From positions 359,724,001 to 359,788,000 of the forward strand of contig OZ024743.1 in NCBI GenBank assembly GCA_964016885.1: a stretch of 64,000 nt of DNA, given 5' to 3'. Positions 25,196 to 37,589 of this stretch are shown here, one piece after another. The first letter of the stretch is position 1; each line of letters starts with the position of its first letter. The position numbers and the translations under genes are program-made. The notes under the pieces were generated by a model. That model was not told where the DNA came from and searched no databases. It worked only from the letters and a program-made list of their open reading frames with translations. This DNA is from Eledone cirrhosa. Lineage: Eukaryota.

Positions 25196-25339
25196 ACGCT
25201 TCAAAAGGCATGCTTGCTTGGAACAGCAAGAACCCTCCGATACGTCCTGAATATCTGAGGCTGCAGGTAGTGGCTTGATATTCAATCCAACGGACCTTCC
25301 AGTTAACCAACATCAATGACTGAGATTCAAGGAATAACA
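24970..25339. repeat. 370 bp palindrome built from the Dong-2 3' terminus
   Basis: 146 bp arms (24970-25115, 25194-25339) are reverse complements around (ATT)15(AAT)11. Confidence 0.97.
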
Positions 25340-27696
25340 GCCGCTGAAGTACGGGAGGCAATGACTGGCTGCACAAGGGGTAAATCGCCTGGTTTGGATG
25401 GTCTGCCCTATGAACTTTACGTACAGATGCCAGACTTGTTCGGAGGCCTCTTGGCGGACGTCTACTGCAACTGGCAACAGAACGGGAGAATTCCCAGTTC
25501 TGTGAGCCGAGGAGCGGTGGCACTGCTGAGAAAGGATCCGAACAAGGGGGATAACATAGACAATTTCCGGCCCATAACTCTGCTAAACACAGAGTTTAAG
25601 ATTTTGGCCAAGGTGCTAGCAAAGAGGTTGGCGCTTGTCGTTGGTGGTCTGGTGGGAGAGGCGCAGACATGCGCCATTCCCGACAGATCCATCCACGACA
25701 ACCTCCACCTCATGCGATACATCGTAGAGAGGGTAGCTAGGGAACCTGGCACGGGTGGGTCCTTGATCAATTTAGATCAGTCGAAAGCTTTCGATAGGGT
25801 CGACCATCGTTACCTAGCGGCAGTCCTGAGGGCGGCTGGCTTTGGGCCCGTCTTCAGAGGCTGGATCGCTGCCATGCACAGCGACATCTGCTCTGTGGTG
25901 AGAGTGAACGGTCACCTGTCGGAACCGTTCAACATCATGCGCTCGGTCCGCCAAGGATGTCCCCTCTCGTCCCTCTTGTACGTATTGACTCTCGAGCCAT
26001 TACTGCACAAACTGGAGACGTTGAGGGGAGTCCCGCGCGAACTAGGATGCGGAAGATCCGTGTCAGCATATGCCGACGATGTCACCGTAGTGGTGTCGAA
26101 CGCCAAACACATCGAGGCGATCGGCACTACACTAAGAGAATACGAAGCGGTGACAGGAGCAATGATCAACCAGGAAAAGTCAGTGGGCCTGCAGCTCGGC
26201 ACCTGGAGAGGCAGGTCCATGCCGTCCAACAGCGTCGTCGGGCGCTGGACGGACGGACCGGTTAAATTGCTAGGGGTCTGGTTCGGTCCGGACCTCCAGA
26301 CGGACAAAAACTGGGACGAGGTGACGAGCAGGGTGGCTTCTCTCACCCAGAAATGGGCGGAGAGGAAGCTATCCCTGAAAGGTCGAGCGGAGGTGGCTAA
26401 CGCGTACATCGCGTCTGTCATCTGCTACCGCCTAACCGTCGTACCTTGTCCTAAGCCTCGCCTGACTGCGCTGGAGCGTTTGCTCTTTCGCTTTTTGTGG
26501 AAGGGACGTGCTCCGATGGTCAGGCGGTCCATCTGTTGTCAACACCCGCTACGTGGAGGGCTGGGCATGCCGTGGCTGATGATGCGCAGGCACGCGCTCA
26601 GGCTACGACATCTCCACCTCTTCCTCGACGGTGATCAGGTGTGGTCGCCGTTTGCTAGACGCGTTTTTCCCCAGCTCGTTTCCTTGACGGAGCTGCAGTC
26701 CTGGGTCAAGCGAAGACCGAGAGGGAGCGCCTGGAGACTGGAATGTCTTCAGGCGCTCACAGCCCTCGACCAATCGGGCAATGTGATCGGTGGAAACTCC
26801 ACCTCAGCGTTCTATAGAGGATTAGTGGAGGGGAAGAGCGACGACGTACTTGGGGAAACTCTAGGCGTCGACGAAAATCAACTAGCCAATCTCTTCGGAA
26901 GAACTTTCGGGCCGGGGCCTATGGACAACTTCCAGAAATCTCTGGCCTGGCAGTGCTACCGAGGAGCCTTGCCAGTTCGGGATAAACTCTACAGGCATGT
27001 AGGTGCCGTCAGCCGGGCATGTCCGAGATGCGCGCAGGGCGACGAAACCGTCCTGCACGCACTCGTCCAGTGTCCGAAAATTGCTGACTTGTGGGTTTAT
27101 GTCGAACACCTGCTGTCGCGTTTAGGACGGATCCAGCTATCATCTGAGTCTATCGTGAGGATTGCCCCGCCCTCCTCCTTTAGCCGGGAAGGGCAGGCAG
27201 TTTTTATCTGTCTGGTGGCCATGGCGAAAGAGATAGTATGGTGGACACGTTTGAAAGGGCTGAAGACGAGCACTTACCTCTTCGGTGATGCTCTGATTGA
27301 CTTTTTCAAATTTCATTTGAAAAGGAAAATCAGAGTAGAGAAGGAAGTGCTCTCTTCCCAGCATTTTGTTGAAAGATGGGTGAGAGAAGCAAGAATGGCC
27401 CGAGTGAATGGGCCGACTCTGAGTATATATCTGTAAACTAAAGGTGGAAAACTGGGAGAGGGCACTTGCCTTGGTGGTCAGGGTCATTGTGGCTTTTTAC
27501 TGGGCTTTCTCCACAAATGTCCCTCCGAAGTCTCCCCCCTATTGGGGAATTTTTCATTGTTATTTTCATTGTTATTTTTGTTACATCCTCTGTTTTTGTT
27601 TTTTTACACGCAGAAATGCCCATTTGTACCGTCCTGCATTGTCCTGCACTGTCCTTAATGTCTACTTTATGTAAACCCTTGTGGTTAATAAAGAAA

Positions 27697-27785
<89 letters not shown>
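25340..27785 (+). mobile_element. 5'-truncated Tx1/L1-like LINE (lineage A), young
   Basis: Uninterrupted ORF2 remnant to 27436: KSPGLDG, FRPITLLN, DQSKAFDRV, GCPLS, YADD, CPRC..ETVLHALVQC. 3' UTR with AATAAA and an (ATT)n tail at 27699-27785. Confidence 0.93.
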
Positions 27786-27786
<1 letters not shown>

Positions 27787-28065
27787 TCTACATTCCTTAC
27801 ATTAAACTAAAACTATGTTGACAATCTTTTAATAATGTCTTCCTTGTGAAATTTGTGGTCTTGTTTTGCTTAACTAATGAATATTTCCAGCTCTATGCAC
27901 CTAACCTCTACATGAACCCAGCCACCTAGCTGCCTTCCACTGCATATTGCACATTGAGCACATGCTTTTATGCTTTGGCCTCTTACTAATTCACCAATCC
28001 TTCTTTCTCCTCTCCTATTTCCTCTCCTATCTCCATCTCTCTCTTTAAGTTTGGTTACTCTTGAA

Positions 28066-28247
<182 letters not shown>

Positions 28248-28490
28248 CAAATAAAAAAAACGGAGCTAAAGACTCGCGTTAATCCCTATAATTTAATGAG
28301 CTCAAGGGTTAGAATCCGGGCTCTTTATATGACAGTATACAGAGAAAAATGCACAAAGAAGTATGTGCTCAATTATAGGGGATAGAATACCACCAGAGGG
28401 AAAAACATATTGTCTACGAAAGGAATGGAAAAACATATCAATTTAAAGAATAAATAAAAATGTACAAACCATCCGCGTTTATAACTATAA

Positions 28491-28561
28491 CACCCGGACA
28501 CGCTCAAATAAGAGAATGTTTCGCCATAAAAAGTGAAGATTCCATATTGAAGCGGGCTTAT

Positions 28562-28564
<3 letters not shown>
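28491..28564 (-). ncRNA. 5'-truncated hammerhead motif, U3-A8 core (paralog of 12730)
   Basis: UUGAUAA-GCC...GGC-GAAA-CAUUCUC..GAGCGUG-UC-CGGGUG beginning at (TA)n. Confidence 0.55.
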
Positions 28565-28632
<68 letters not shown>

Positions 28633-28634
<2 letters not shown>

Positions 28635-30927
28635 GAATATTACGACTATTACTCCTCTATATCCCCCAACACCTTGGATAAAGCCTTAGTATTCGCCAAA
28701 GCCAATTCTGACATAACAGACGACGAGATAAAAATCATTTTAGCTGCTAGAAAAACAATAATTAAATTTGAAAACGCCTATTGGGAACGTAAGGATAGAT
28801 TAAATAACTTTGACATCACGATGGGGACTAACGACTCGAACCAAGTCACAGATTTAGTAGGTATTTACATAGCCCATAGTTTACAAAGTGAGTTTGGCGA
28901 CCTTCACGGTGGAATCTACACAGACGACGCCCTTCTAGTTAAGAACCTAAATAACCAGAGCATAGAAAGACTCCATAAGAATATTAGAAAGACTCTCGGG
29001 AAACTAGGCCTTAGCATAACGTATGAGTATAGCACTAAAACAGTTAACTTTCTAGACGCGACGCTTAACCTAAATACGGGACTTATAAGACCTTTTCACA
29101 AGATTACAGAAAACTTAGCATACATCAACTGTAACTCAAACCACCCTCTATCCATAATTAAATCCATTCCACGCAGCATATTCCTTAGAATCTCCCGCCT
29201 CTCGTCTAACCGACAAATCTTCGAAGAACATGCAGAATACTACAATACCGCATTAGACAAGGCAGACCACTTAGATAGAGTAGAATTTATAGATGAAAGC
29301 CTCCGTAAAGCGCACACGAACACGGATAACACAAACTCCGGAAATACCGGCACACACGCACTTACGCATAAAACTACAAAGTATACGGTAAATAGAAATA
29401 CAACATCGGAATCAAACAAGTCACGCAGTAGAAAATATATTTGGTATAACCCCATATTTAACACCTCTATTAGTACTAACCTACCCTCTACCTTCTTTAG
29501 AATAATAAATAAGCACTTTCCAGATTCACATACATACAGAAAAATCCTTAACACTAAATCTATTAGACTATCTTACTCCACGGCCCCAAATATAGAGGCA
29601 CACATTAACGCTAAAAAGATACATAACAACACCAGAACACAAATTTACAACAATCACAATACAATCACCATTGAACACAACAGAATATCTAATACACAAC
29701 CGCCCACTAATAGGCAAACAAAACGTAACACACTTCTACAGGCATCGCAGCCCACCAATAATGCCAAAGTTGCCCATGATAAGAGTTGTAACTGCCACCT
29801 ACCTGAAACCTGTCCATTACATAATGAATGTATGCAGTCTAACCTGGTTTACCAATGCACAGTGGAATCAGACAACCAGAAATGGTATTACATCGGAGCG
29901 ACTGGGAATAAATTTAAAGCCCGATGGTATACACACCGTTACGCAATGAAACATTCCCAGCATCGTTATGTAACTACCCTTGCAAACAAGACCTGGTAAC
30001 TGAGGGAAAGTAACCATCAATACACCCTGAAGTGAACAAAATTATCGAACGCGCCTCCATATCGGAGTGGTATGAGAAGCTTTCGATTATGCGACCTTGA
30101 GCTGTTCCACATCTTGAGTTCGAAGAATAAGTTACTCAACAATAAAATCGAAAGATCAATTTATTGTAACCATAGACTCAAAGAGAGGTTTTCGCAGTAC
30201 AAGTGCAAACCGAACCCTTAACCTCTTACTACCAACTGACAAACTACATATACTTAGACTTTATACCCTCTTGTTGTATCGAAACCCTTTTAATTACCCA
30301 CAAAAACCAATACCTATACCCCCCTCTCTTTCATTCCTCTTCTATTGCTTCGTTTTATTCCATCCTTCCCTCCCCTTTTTGGCTATCTTTTCTTTTCTTC
30401 TTTCTCTCCCCTTCTTTGCTTTTATTTTTGTCATTATTATCTTTATCTTTATTTTTTATATATATATTTATCTCTTTATATCTCCCCCCTCTCTCTATGA
30501 TCAATTCAATTCTCTTTAACTCACTACATTCCACGACATGAAGTCTACATATTAAAACTGATCAAGGAATCCTTCCACATCTACCCCTCCCTCCATCTCA
30601 GTTTGTCACTCTACTTCCTAACTCTTCTCCCCCTTCCCCTCTCTCTATACACTATTCCGTTTGTCCCCTCACATTCTAATTCCATTCCTCTCTCTCTCTA
30701 TACTAGTAAATACAATTCCAAATAAATGTTTTTCTCTATATATTAAGAATTATTTCAAGAGTAACTTACTCACTATTTTGAAAATTTGGACTGTGAACAA
30801 CAATTATAATTGAGTGGCTGCTATTTGTAGTATAGCAATATAAGGTTGCACTTACCAATGAAACGGTCGTAAATACCTGGATAAAATCCTTCTCTTAATG
30901 CTTACCTGTGTTTTCTCTTTTATACTA
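28633..30927 (+). mobile_element. 5'-truncated Penelope-like element (RT + GIY-YIG, 'Hydra'-group-like)
   Basis: ORF 28674-29999: MGTNDS, GIYTDDAL, VNFLDATLNL, SNHP, IWYNP, IRLSYS, CNCHLPETC (CxCx5C), VYQC...YIG, KARWYTH. The frame continues past stops to ~30200. Long 3' UTR with an HHR; (TA)n on both sides. The group name is from recalled motif descriptions. Confidence 0.9.
30774..30875 (+). ncRNA. Type I hammerhead motif, U3-A8 core, in PLE 3' repeat
   Basis: UAUU-UUGAAAA-U-UUGG..(65 nt)..CCAA-U-GAAA-CGGUCG-UA-AAUA; stems are short, but the position is that expected for a PLE HHR. Confidence 0.5.
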
Positions 30928-31335
30928 TATATATATACATATGCTTCATTTTTGTATTTGTTTTGCAAGCTCTCTTATCTGAAAACGTGTGTTGTGACCG
31001 ATGTTGTTATACTTGGGGGCGTCATACTACCAATAAAACACAGGAGCTGTTAGTTTTCACATCTATCTATATATCTATCTATAAATATATATATCTATCT
31101 ATCTATATATATATATACATGAAAACAGGGAGAAAGAGACGATTATTAGGAAGAAAAAGTATATATGTATATATAAAACATTGTATATATGTATACATAT
31201 ATACATATATACATATATATATAATGCATATATATATCTATCTATATCTATATCTATCTATCTCTCTCTATATATAGAAAATTATGAAATAAGAGGAAAT
31301 AATAGACACAGATATATACCTATTTTTTCTTCAAA

Positions 31336-31428
31336 GTCCCGACTGTACAGTTTCGCTGATCCGTATGCAACAATTGTACATTATAGATATGCAACAACGT
31401 TGTGAGGCCAATCAGCTTCTCAAGAAAC
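31336..31428 (-). ncRNA. Type I hammerhead motif, U3-A8 core (paralog of 10068)
   Basis: GUUUC-UUGAGAA-GCUGAUU...GAUCAGC-GAAA-CUGUACAG-UC-GGGAC; 7 bp stem II. Confidence 0.7.
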
Positions 31429-32079
31429 ACTCCAGGGAAAGGACTGTTTTCCAGACGCGTTTATAGCAAAAGAGGAAATCTCTATAGGCGAAGGGAGGAA
31501 TAAATATGTGATACATCGGTCAAGAAAGATGACTGAATCCCATGTAGCAAGTGAAAAATATCTCAAAGGGCGGAGGGAGAAATTAATACATGATACAGAA
31601 GTTACAGGCGGGCAGCAAAACGGACAGAAAGCGATTATCGTGTTTGCTAGAGAAAGCAGTTACTACACTTTCAGACTAACTCAACCATAAGGGAGTTTGG
31701 GACAATATAATAATGAAATACACACATATACATCCTTTACCACCTCTTCTACGGCTTCGATATAAATACCCCCTCCGCCTCCGTGGTATTTTCTTCGGGG
31801 TTATAAGAGGCTTAGCTCTGTTTCTCGACCGTTATATCGCGTGACTATCTCCCCCTCCGCCTTTTGGGATTCTTTCTCACGTCGTATAGACGCGTTCTTG
31901 AAGCTAGTAAAATGAGGTATCCTCTTGATAAGTCGGCAGACCTCGCAAGGGCTCTATATCTTTATGATGTACTGTTTTTGTTTATGCCACGAAACTATGT
32001 AGTCGAGGAATCTAGGAGCAGTTTAGGTATGATACATTTTATTACTAATTATATCTAAATGTTCCTTCTCTCTTCATAA

Positions 32080-32112
<33 letters not shown>

Positions 32113-32117
<5 letters not shown>

Positions 32118-32218
32118 AAGCTGCATAAGCTGGCTCAAATTATAATTAAAAAGAAATATATATATATATATATATTTCTTTTTTATTATAATTTGAGCCA
32201 ACTTATGCAGCTTCATAT
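32113..32218. repeat. Imperfect palindrome centred on (TA)n
   Basis: tgaagctgcataagctggctcaaattataa...aagaaa(ta)n tttctt...ttataatttgagccaacttatgcagcttca. Confidence 0.9.
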
Positions 32219-32642
32219 GCAAATGAGATTAATCACCTCATTTACACAGACGAGAAAAGTATGTATTCTTGCCTGTCTTCTAGTCCATCCAGCAGTCGCA
32301 TGCGGTTGGAGGGACCGTCTTGACGAAGGCAAGTTAAGCCTGAAATGCATAGACGGTTGTCCCCCTTTCTTCTGCTGTGTTAGCCCCCCGGTGTTTGCAT
32401 AGCTACGGCTTCCTAAAACCGTATTTCCTTGGAAATACGAAATATTTATACATATTGTATAAAGCTATGCTTGAAGCGAAATCCTATTTCTTATATATAT
32501 AGTCACATATATGCGAATGTGTGTTGCCCGATGATCGGAAGGGACAAAATGAATTCTAGGCCCATGTTTGGTCATTCTATATGCTTGTTTTTGTTTTTGC
32601 TGGTTTGTCCACAGATTTCATGTAATTGTTGTTGTGTTAATA

Positions 32643-32731
32643 CTGGTCTGAGGATCAGGCAGACTTACCATTTGGTGTGAGGGTGCCATCCCAGATCACG
32701 AGCCAGCTGTTTGAGAAACATTTGTAACCAG
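32643..32731 (+). ncRNA. Type I hammerhead ribozyme motif (canonical core)
   Basis: CUGGU-CUGAGGA-UCAGGCAG...CUGUUUGA-GAAA-CAUUUG-UA-ACCAG; 8 bp stem II, minimal stem III. The downstream actctgctttg tail is shared with the 6692 HHR. Confidence 0.85.
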
Positions 32732-32850
32732 GATTGAGTAATAAATTTCCTATGTAACATCTCTATTTTGTTCTTATTTTATACACTCTGCTTTGCATCG
32801 AGTGCTGACTTTGGCTCTCTCACCAGTTTTCTTCGGATTTACTGAACTCT

Positions 32851-32900
<50 letters not shown>

Positions 32901-33058
32901 ATAATAATACTATTTATAGTTATGTATATACTATAAACAACTATAAACAGGAAAGGTCAGTAATTTCCTACTACCTTATTACCAGTAAGAGAAATAGTTC
33001 AATGTAAGAACATCAGGTGTTTTACAGATTTGAACACAACTTTGATAATTGTCTAATT

Positions 33059-33132
<74 letters not shown>

Positions 33133-33137
<5 letters not shown>

Positions 33138-33846
33138 AATAATGGAGCTGCGGCGTTGCAAATGGGTTACATATGAAAAAGTAAGTCCTTCATCAGTGAC
33201 CATCCAACCGTCCTAGGCATTTCATCGCTTTAAGGGCCATATACCTCAGGTTGGTGCGAACAACGGCTAAAAAAAGTCGTTGGGACTCGTAAATAAAGAG
33301 AACGTTAGGGTGAACAAACAAAATGGTTTAAGCATAGAAAGTGAGAGGAAAGAGACAAGTCCCAGATTTCTATGAATATAAACTCGATAAAATCGTGAAC
33401 GAGAGAATAAAGACCATCAAACCTGGTTGAAATGTGAGCAAGGAAGGAATTTCGCACAGGTCTAACGGGGGGAAGAAGAAGGGGTCTGGTCTGCGAATTC
33501 GGTAAACATAAGTTCTGTGAAGTCGCAGACGAGAGAGAGAGAGAAAAAAAATTCATACCGGCTTGGCCATGAGCGCGCAAGAAAAGAATTCGGACAGGTC
33601 AAACGGGAAGAAAGAGGAGGAGGAGGAGAGGTAGTGACAGAGAATGAGTGAGTGAAAGTTGAGGAGGAGGCTAACAGAGAAAGAGACTGCTAGAAAGGGT
33701 AAAGATACAAAGAACGAAACAGACGGGTGGCAGCAGAGGAAAAAATATATGTGTAAATATGATAATAATGGAGCTGCGGCGTTGCAAATGGGTTACATAT
33801 GAAATAGTAAGTCCTTCATCAGTGACCCTCCAACCGTCCTAGGCAT
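33133..33846 (-). mobile_element. Short non-coding element with ~85 bp terminal direct repeats in (TA)n (PLE/retrozyme-like)
   Basis: atgataataatggagctgcggcg...ccaaccgtcctaggcat at ~33132-33220 and ~33759-33847; (TA)n outside both ends. Confidence 0.6.
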
Positions 33847-36319
33847 ATATATATATATATATATATATAGTTGAAAAGGGAGATAAAGTTCCATATATAT
33901 CAAAGATATGTAAAAGGTAAAAGTGGAAACAGCACAGATGTATGTTTAAAACTTCTTATTTTCTTATTTTTATTTAATCTGAGAGATTAAGATTTAAAAA
34001 AAACGGGGGTTTTATAAAATATTACCAGCTTCGCGGGGTAAATTTTCTATCAAATATTAATATATATATATGTATGTGTGTGTGTGTGTGTATGTGTGTT
34101 GCTACATTCACATGTCTATACAAACATAAACATATACACTCTGGTTTACCCCCACCTAATTTAATGTTTATTACATTTACATATAGAAATACATTTTAGT
34201 ACTACATTAAAGCAGAACCAAAATTCGGATTCATGCCCATATACATGAAAACACGGCATCGACCGATAAACATACATTTCCTTTTGCTTTAGCTTTCTAC
34301 TATTCATTTACTTTTACACTTCACCTGCAATGTTCCTGTTTAAGACATACAATTTTGTCAATTTTATGCGATTCCTTCACTCTATTCACTTAAAATATTT
34401 CATCTGTTTCTTTTTGTTGTTTTCTATTTATACCTCCATTTTCATAATGCTGTTCTACCTCCCTTTAAATATCTTCTTCAACCATGTTTTTTTTTATCAT
34501 ATTGTTCATGTTGTTCCTTGTTTTTTGTATTCATTTATTTCATGTCAGTTATATTTGGTATTTCTTTTATTTCATGGAATTTTATGAATCTTATTTTCAT
34601 TCCATTTATCATAATTTTTGTTATTGTAAATTGGTAAATTCTATGGTTATTCAGTTCATTTCAATTATGGTTTTTCAGGGATGTTTTTTCTTTCTTCTTT
34701 TCCATTTTCGTATTCGACTAATTACTGTGCTTTTGTGTTTATTTTCTATTGCTACTTTACAATAGTGATTTAATATTTTCGCCCATTATTGTACTGTCCC
34801 ATTTTACTGTCGACTTTTCATAACAAAATAATTCATTTTTATATATTTCATCGTTTTGTATTGACTGTTTATTTTTCTATTTTTCTTCTTGAAATTCACT
34901 GGTTGAAAATTTTAAAAAAGAAAATGAATGATTTCTGTCTGTTTTCAAATCTAAGATTTGTTCAGATGGGAAAATAAAATTATTAAAAATCAACAACAAA
35001 TGAAAGAACTAAAATTAAAAACAACCCCTCCCCTAAAAGAAATAATGGAAAGTAAATTATGAAGAAATATTATTACATTTTATATATTGGCCGCCTATGA
35101 ATACGCTACCCCCAAATTCTTGCCTTTCTAGAGTTTAGCTCCTTAGAGAAGTAATTCCATTCTGGTACATAAACTATGCAAGTTGAGCATGAGTGTTAGT
35201 CTGTTACATTTTGCCAGTGTAATGTTGAAATTTCACCTTAAAAGAGAATTGTATTTGTATGGTTACGTAGACCGCATTAGAAAGATATTTGAAATCATAG
35301 TGTAGTTGCAAAATGAGTAGGATTATTTACGCAGGAAGATGATCGTGAGTGTCTCAGAATAGAAGCTTCACTTATGCACTAGAATGGAACATTTCTCTAC
35401 AAGGTAAAAATCTAAGAAAAGAATACAATATACATTGTTATATTAGGAGTCTTATATACTAATGGAATGTCATGCCTTTTGCGAAAAAAAGTTACTACAT
35501 TCTATTCAACTCCAAAACTGAATCGATCTCTATATCTGTAACTGAGATTTCTTTTAAATTGCAGTGGATATCACACTTCACCGGGCGCAGATGGTCAGCT
35601 AACCATCAGCACACCTACATACACAATCTCATCTTTCTTCACATTTTACTAGTTCATTCTTCTATTGAAAGAAACATGCTTTGTTAGCTTCTGGTTTGTT
35701 ATCCCCGACTTCGTAATCAGTCTAACCTTCCGCGCCCACATATTCTATCCTTCAAAACCAAAGGGAATCTCCATAAATACTTAATTAGAATTTCCATAGT
35801 GCATCCCACATTTGCATCCAATCTGATACTGTCATATACTACACATCTCTTAAATTGAAACACAAGCATAATTGGCCAGAATTCATAGCATCAAATGTCC
35901 TCAAGCATTAACTGTATGTCCACTAGCCTGATATATCGGTTTATGGTCATACTCTGCGATGCTTAATCGTTAAACCAGCTAGTGGGTTTAGGTGATCGAT
36001 TCTGCAAACTCTCTCAGTATTCTCTATCACCCTCCAAATAAGCTCATGGCTCTCTCGTCAAAACCTCTTATCACTCTGTTCATTATCTTTCGATATCTCT
36101 GAATACTGTGTGGCACTCCAGAAAATATACAAAAATAGCAGATATAGTGAGCCATTGGAAATATGCAGCCAACGAGGCAGTTGTTCACAAAATGTGATAT
36201 GAAAAGAATAAAATAAGAAAAAAGGTGTAACCCAATATGATAATTCTGACAGAAATTACTCTGCAGGAACAATGTACTATTATATTGGTTGGTCGTATAT
36301 AGTATTTTAATACATTGAA

Positions 36320-36720
36320 GATTGACATGTGCTGCCGGGTTGAAAGTGATTATCAGGACAGGCAAGCGTAGAATCAGTCGGTTGGAATTTGCAGACGGCA
36401 TGGAATTACTTAACTCAACAGGTGATCTTCGACTTGCTCTTGATGCCGAGTGTTGCATTGCTGGAATGAAAATGAGTGTTACAAAAACTGAGAGACTTGT
36501 CTTGACAAGGAAGCCTGTGCAGTGTATTCTACATGTGAATGGTGTTCCACTGAAGTAGGTGGAGAAGTGAGAGTATCTCGGAGTCATGTTCATAAGTAAC
36601 GGAAGCCAAGAGGCTGAATTAAGTGCAATAATTGCAGGCGCTGGTGCAGCTTCAGCATTCGGTACTCAGAAGGGAGGTAGGTATAAAAGCCAAACTCGCA
36701 AATATTAGTATGGTAAAAGG
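36320..36720 (+). mobile_element. RTE-clade RT fragment
   Basis: RISRLEFADG..LL...GMKMSVTKTERLV...LHVNGVPLK*VEK*EYLGVMF (decayed FADD and downstream RT motifs). Confidence 0.75.
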
Positions 36721-37589
36721 GAGAACAGGAAGAACTAGGCAGGAAGGCAGGAAGACGTGGTCAGAAGGGGACATTATTGAGTGTTCAAACTTTAACATAT
36801 GTTTCTGTAAAATCACATAATCGTCTACATCAGCTGACTGCAGAGTCCAATGCTCAATCATATGCATGACGTTTTCATTATTGCACTTCATCAGAAATAA
36901 ATTAACAGGGAGGAAGAGAACATACTTGTTATACTGCGAGAGAGGGTACCGCTTTGCTGAAATAAGCATTACTTACTACTAACAAATCTAAAGTACAAAA
37001 CATTGGCACATAGAGGAATTCAGAATCAAAATATAACAGAAATAGTGGGCGAAAATAGTAAGCCGAGAATAATAATAAGCAACAAATGAAGAAAATAATA
37101 AAAAAAGATAGTAAATAAATAAATAAATAAATTAAATAATAAAATTCTGAATTACAGTAAATATACCAGGTATAGATACAATATTTGTAAGCGTGCGGAC
37201 GGATCACAATCCAAATGACCAATGAGAAAAATATTAGAGTTGTAAGTAGCGTTGGGAAAGGGGATAAATTACAGCTAGTCAAAAGGCCTACATCATATAT
37301 GGATAGGGGAAGAGGGGAGGAAATAGAAGAGAACAGAGAGAAAAAAGGAGGAAATTAGCAAAAGGAAAGTAATCAGGCCGAGTCGACCAGAAATTATAAA
37401 ATGTCGTTCAAAGGTAATCAATTAACTTTGAGGTAGGGCAGAGTATTAATTTCTATCTTAACAGAAATCTACAATAAGGACCAGCGGGCAAGAGTCGAAT
37501 CAAGGCGGCGAGAAGAAGGACGGTGTAACAGGTGAGTATTTCAAGTAGAGTGGATATAGAAATACAAGATACAATCCTATACTAGTCAG

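Noticed and set aside
25316-25339. ATG start of the 706 aa ORF as a native gene start
   Set aside because: It derives from the inverted Dong 3' UTR arm; the LINE is 5'-truncated and lacks its endonuclease.
29997-30040. In-frame stops in the PLE endonuclease as selenocysteine recoding
   Set aside because: The first stop is TAA, and the TGA replaces the Trp seen in LKWKIL of the 8.9 kb copy, not a Cys; this is ordinary decay.
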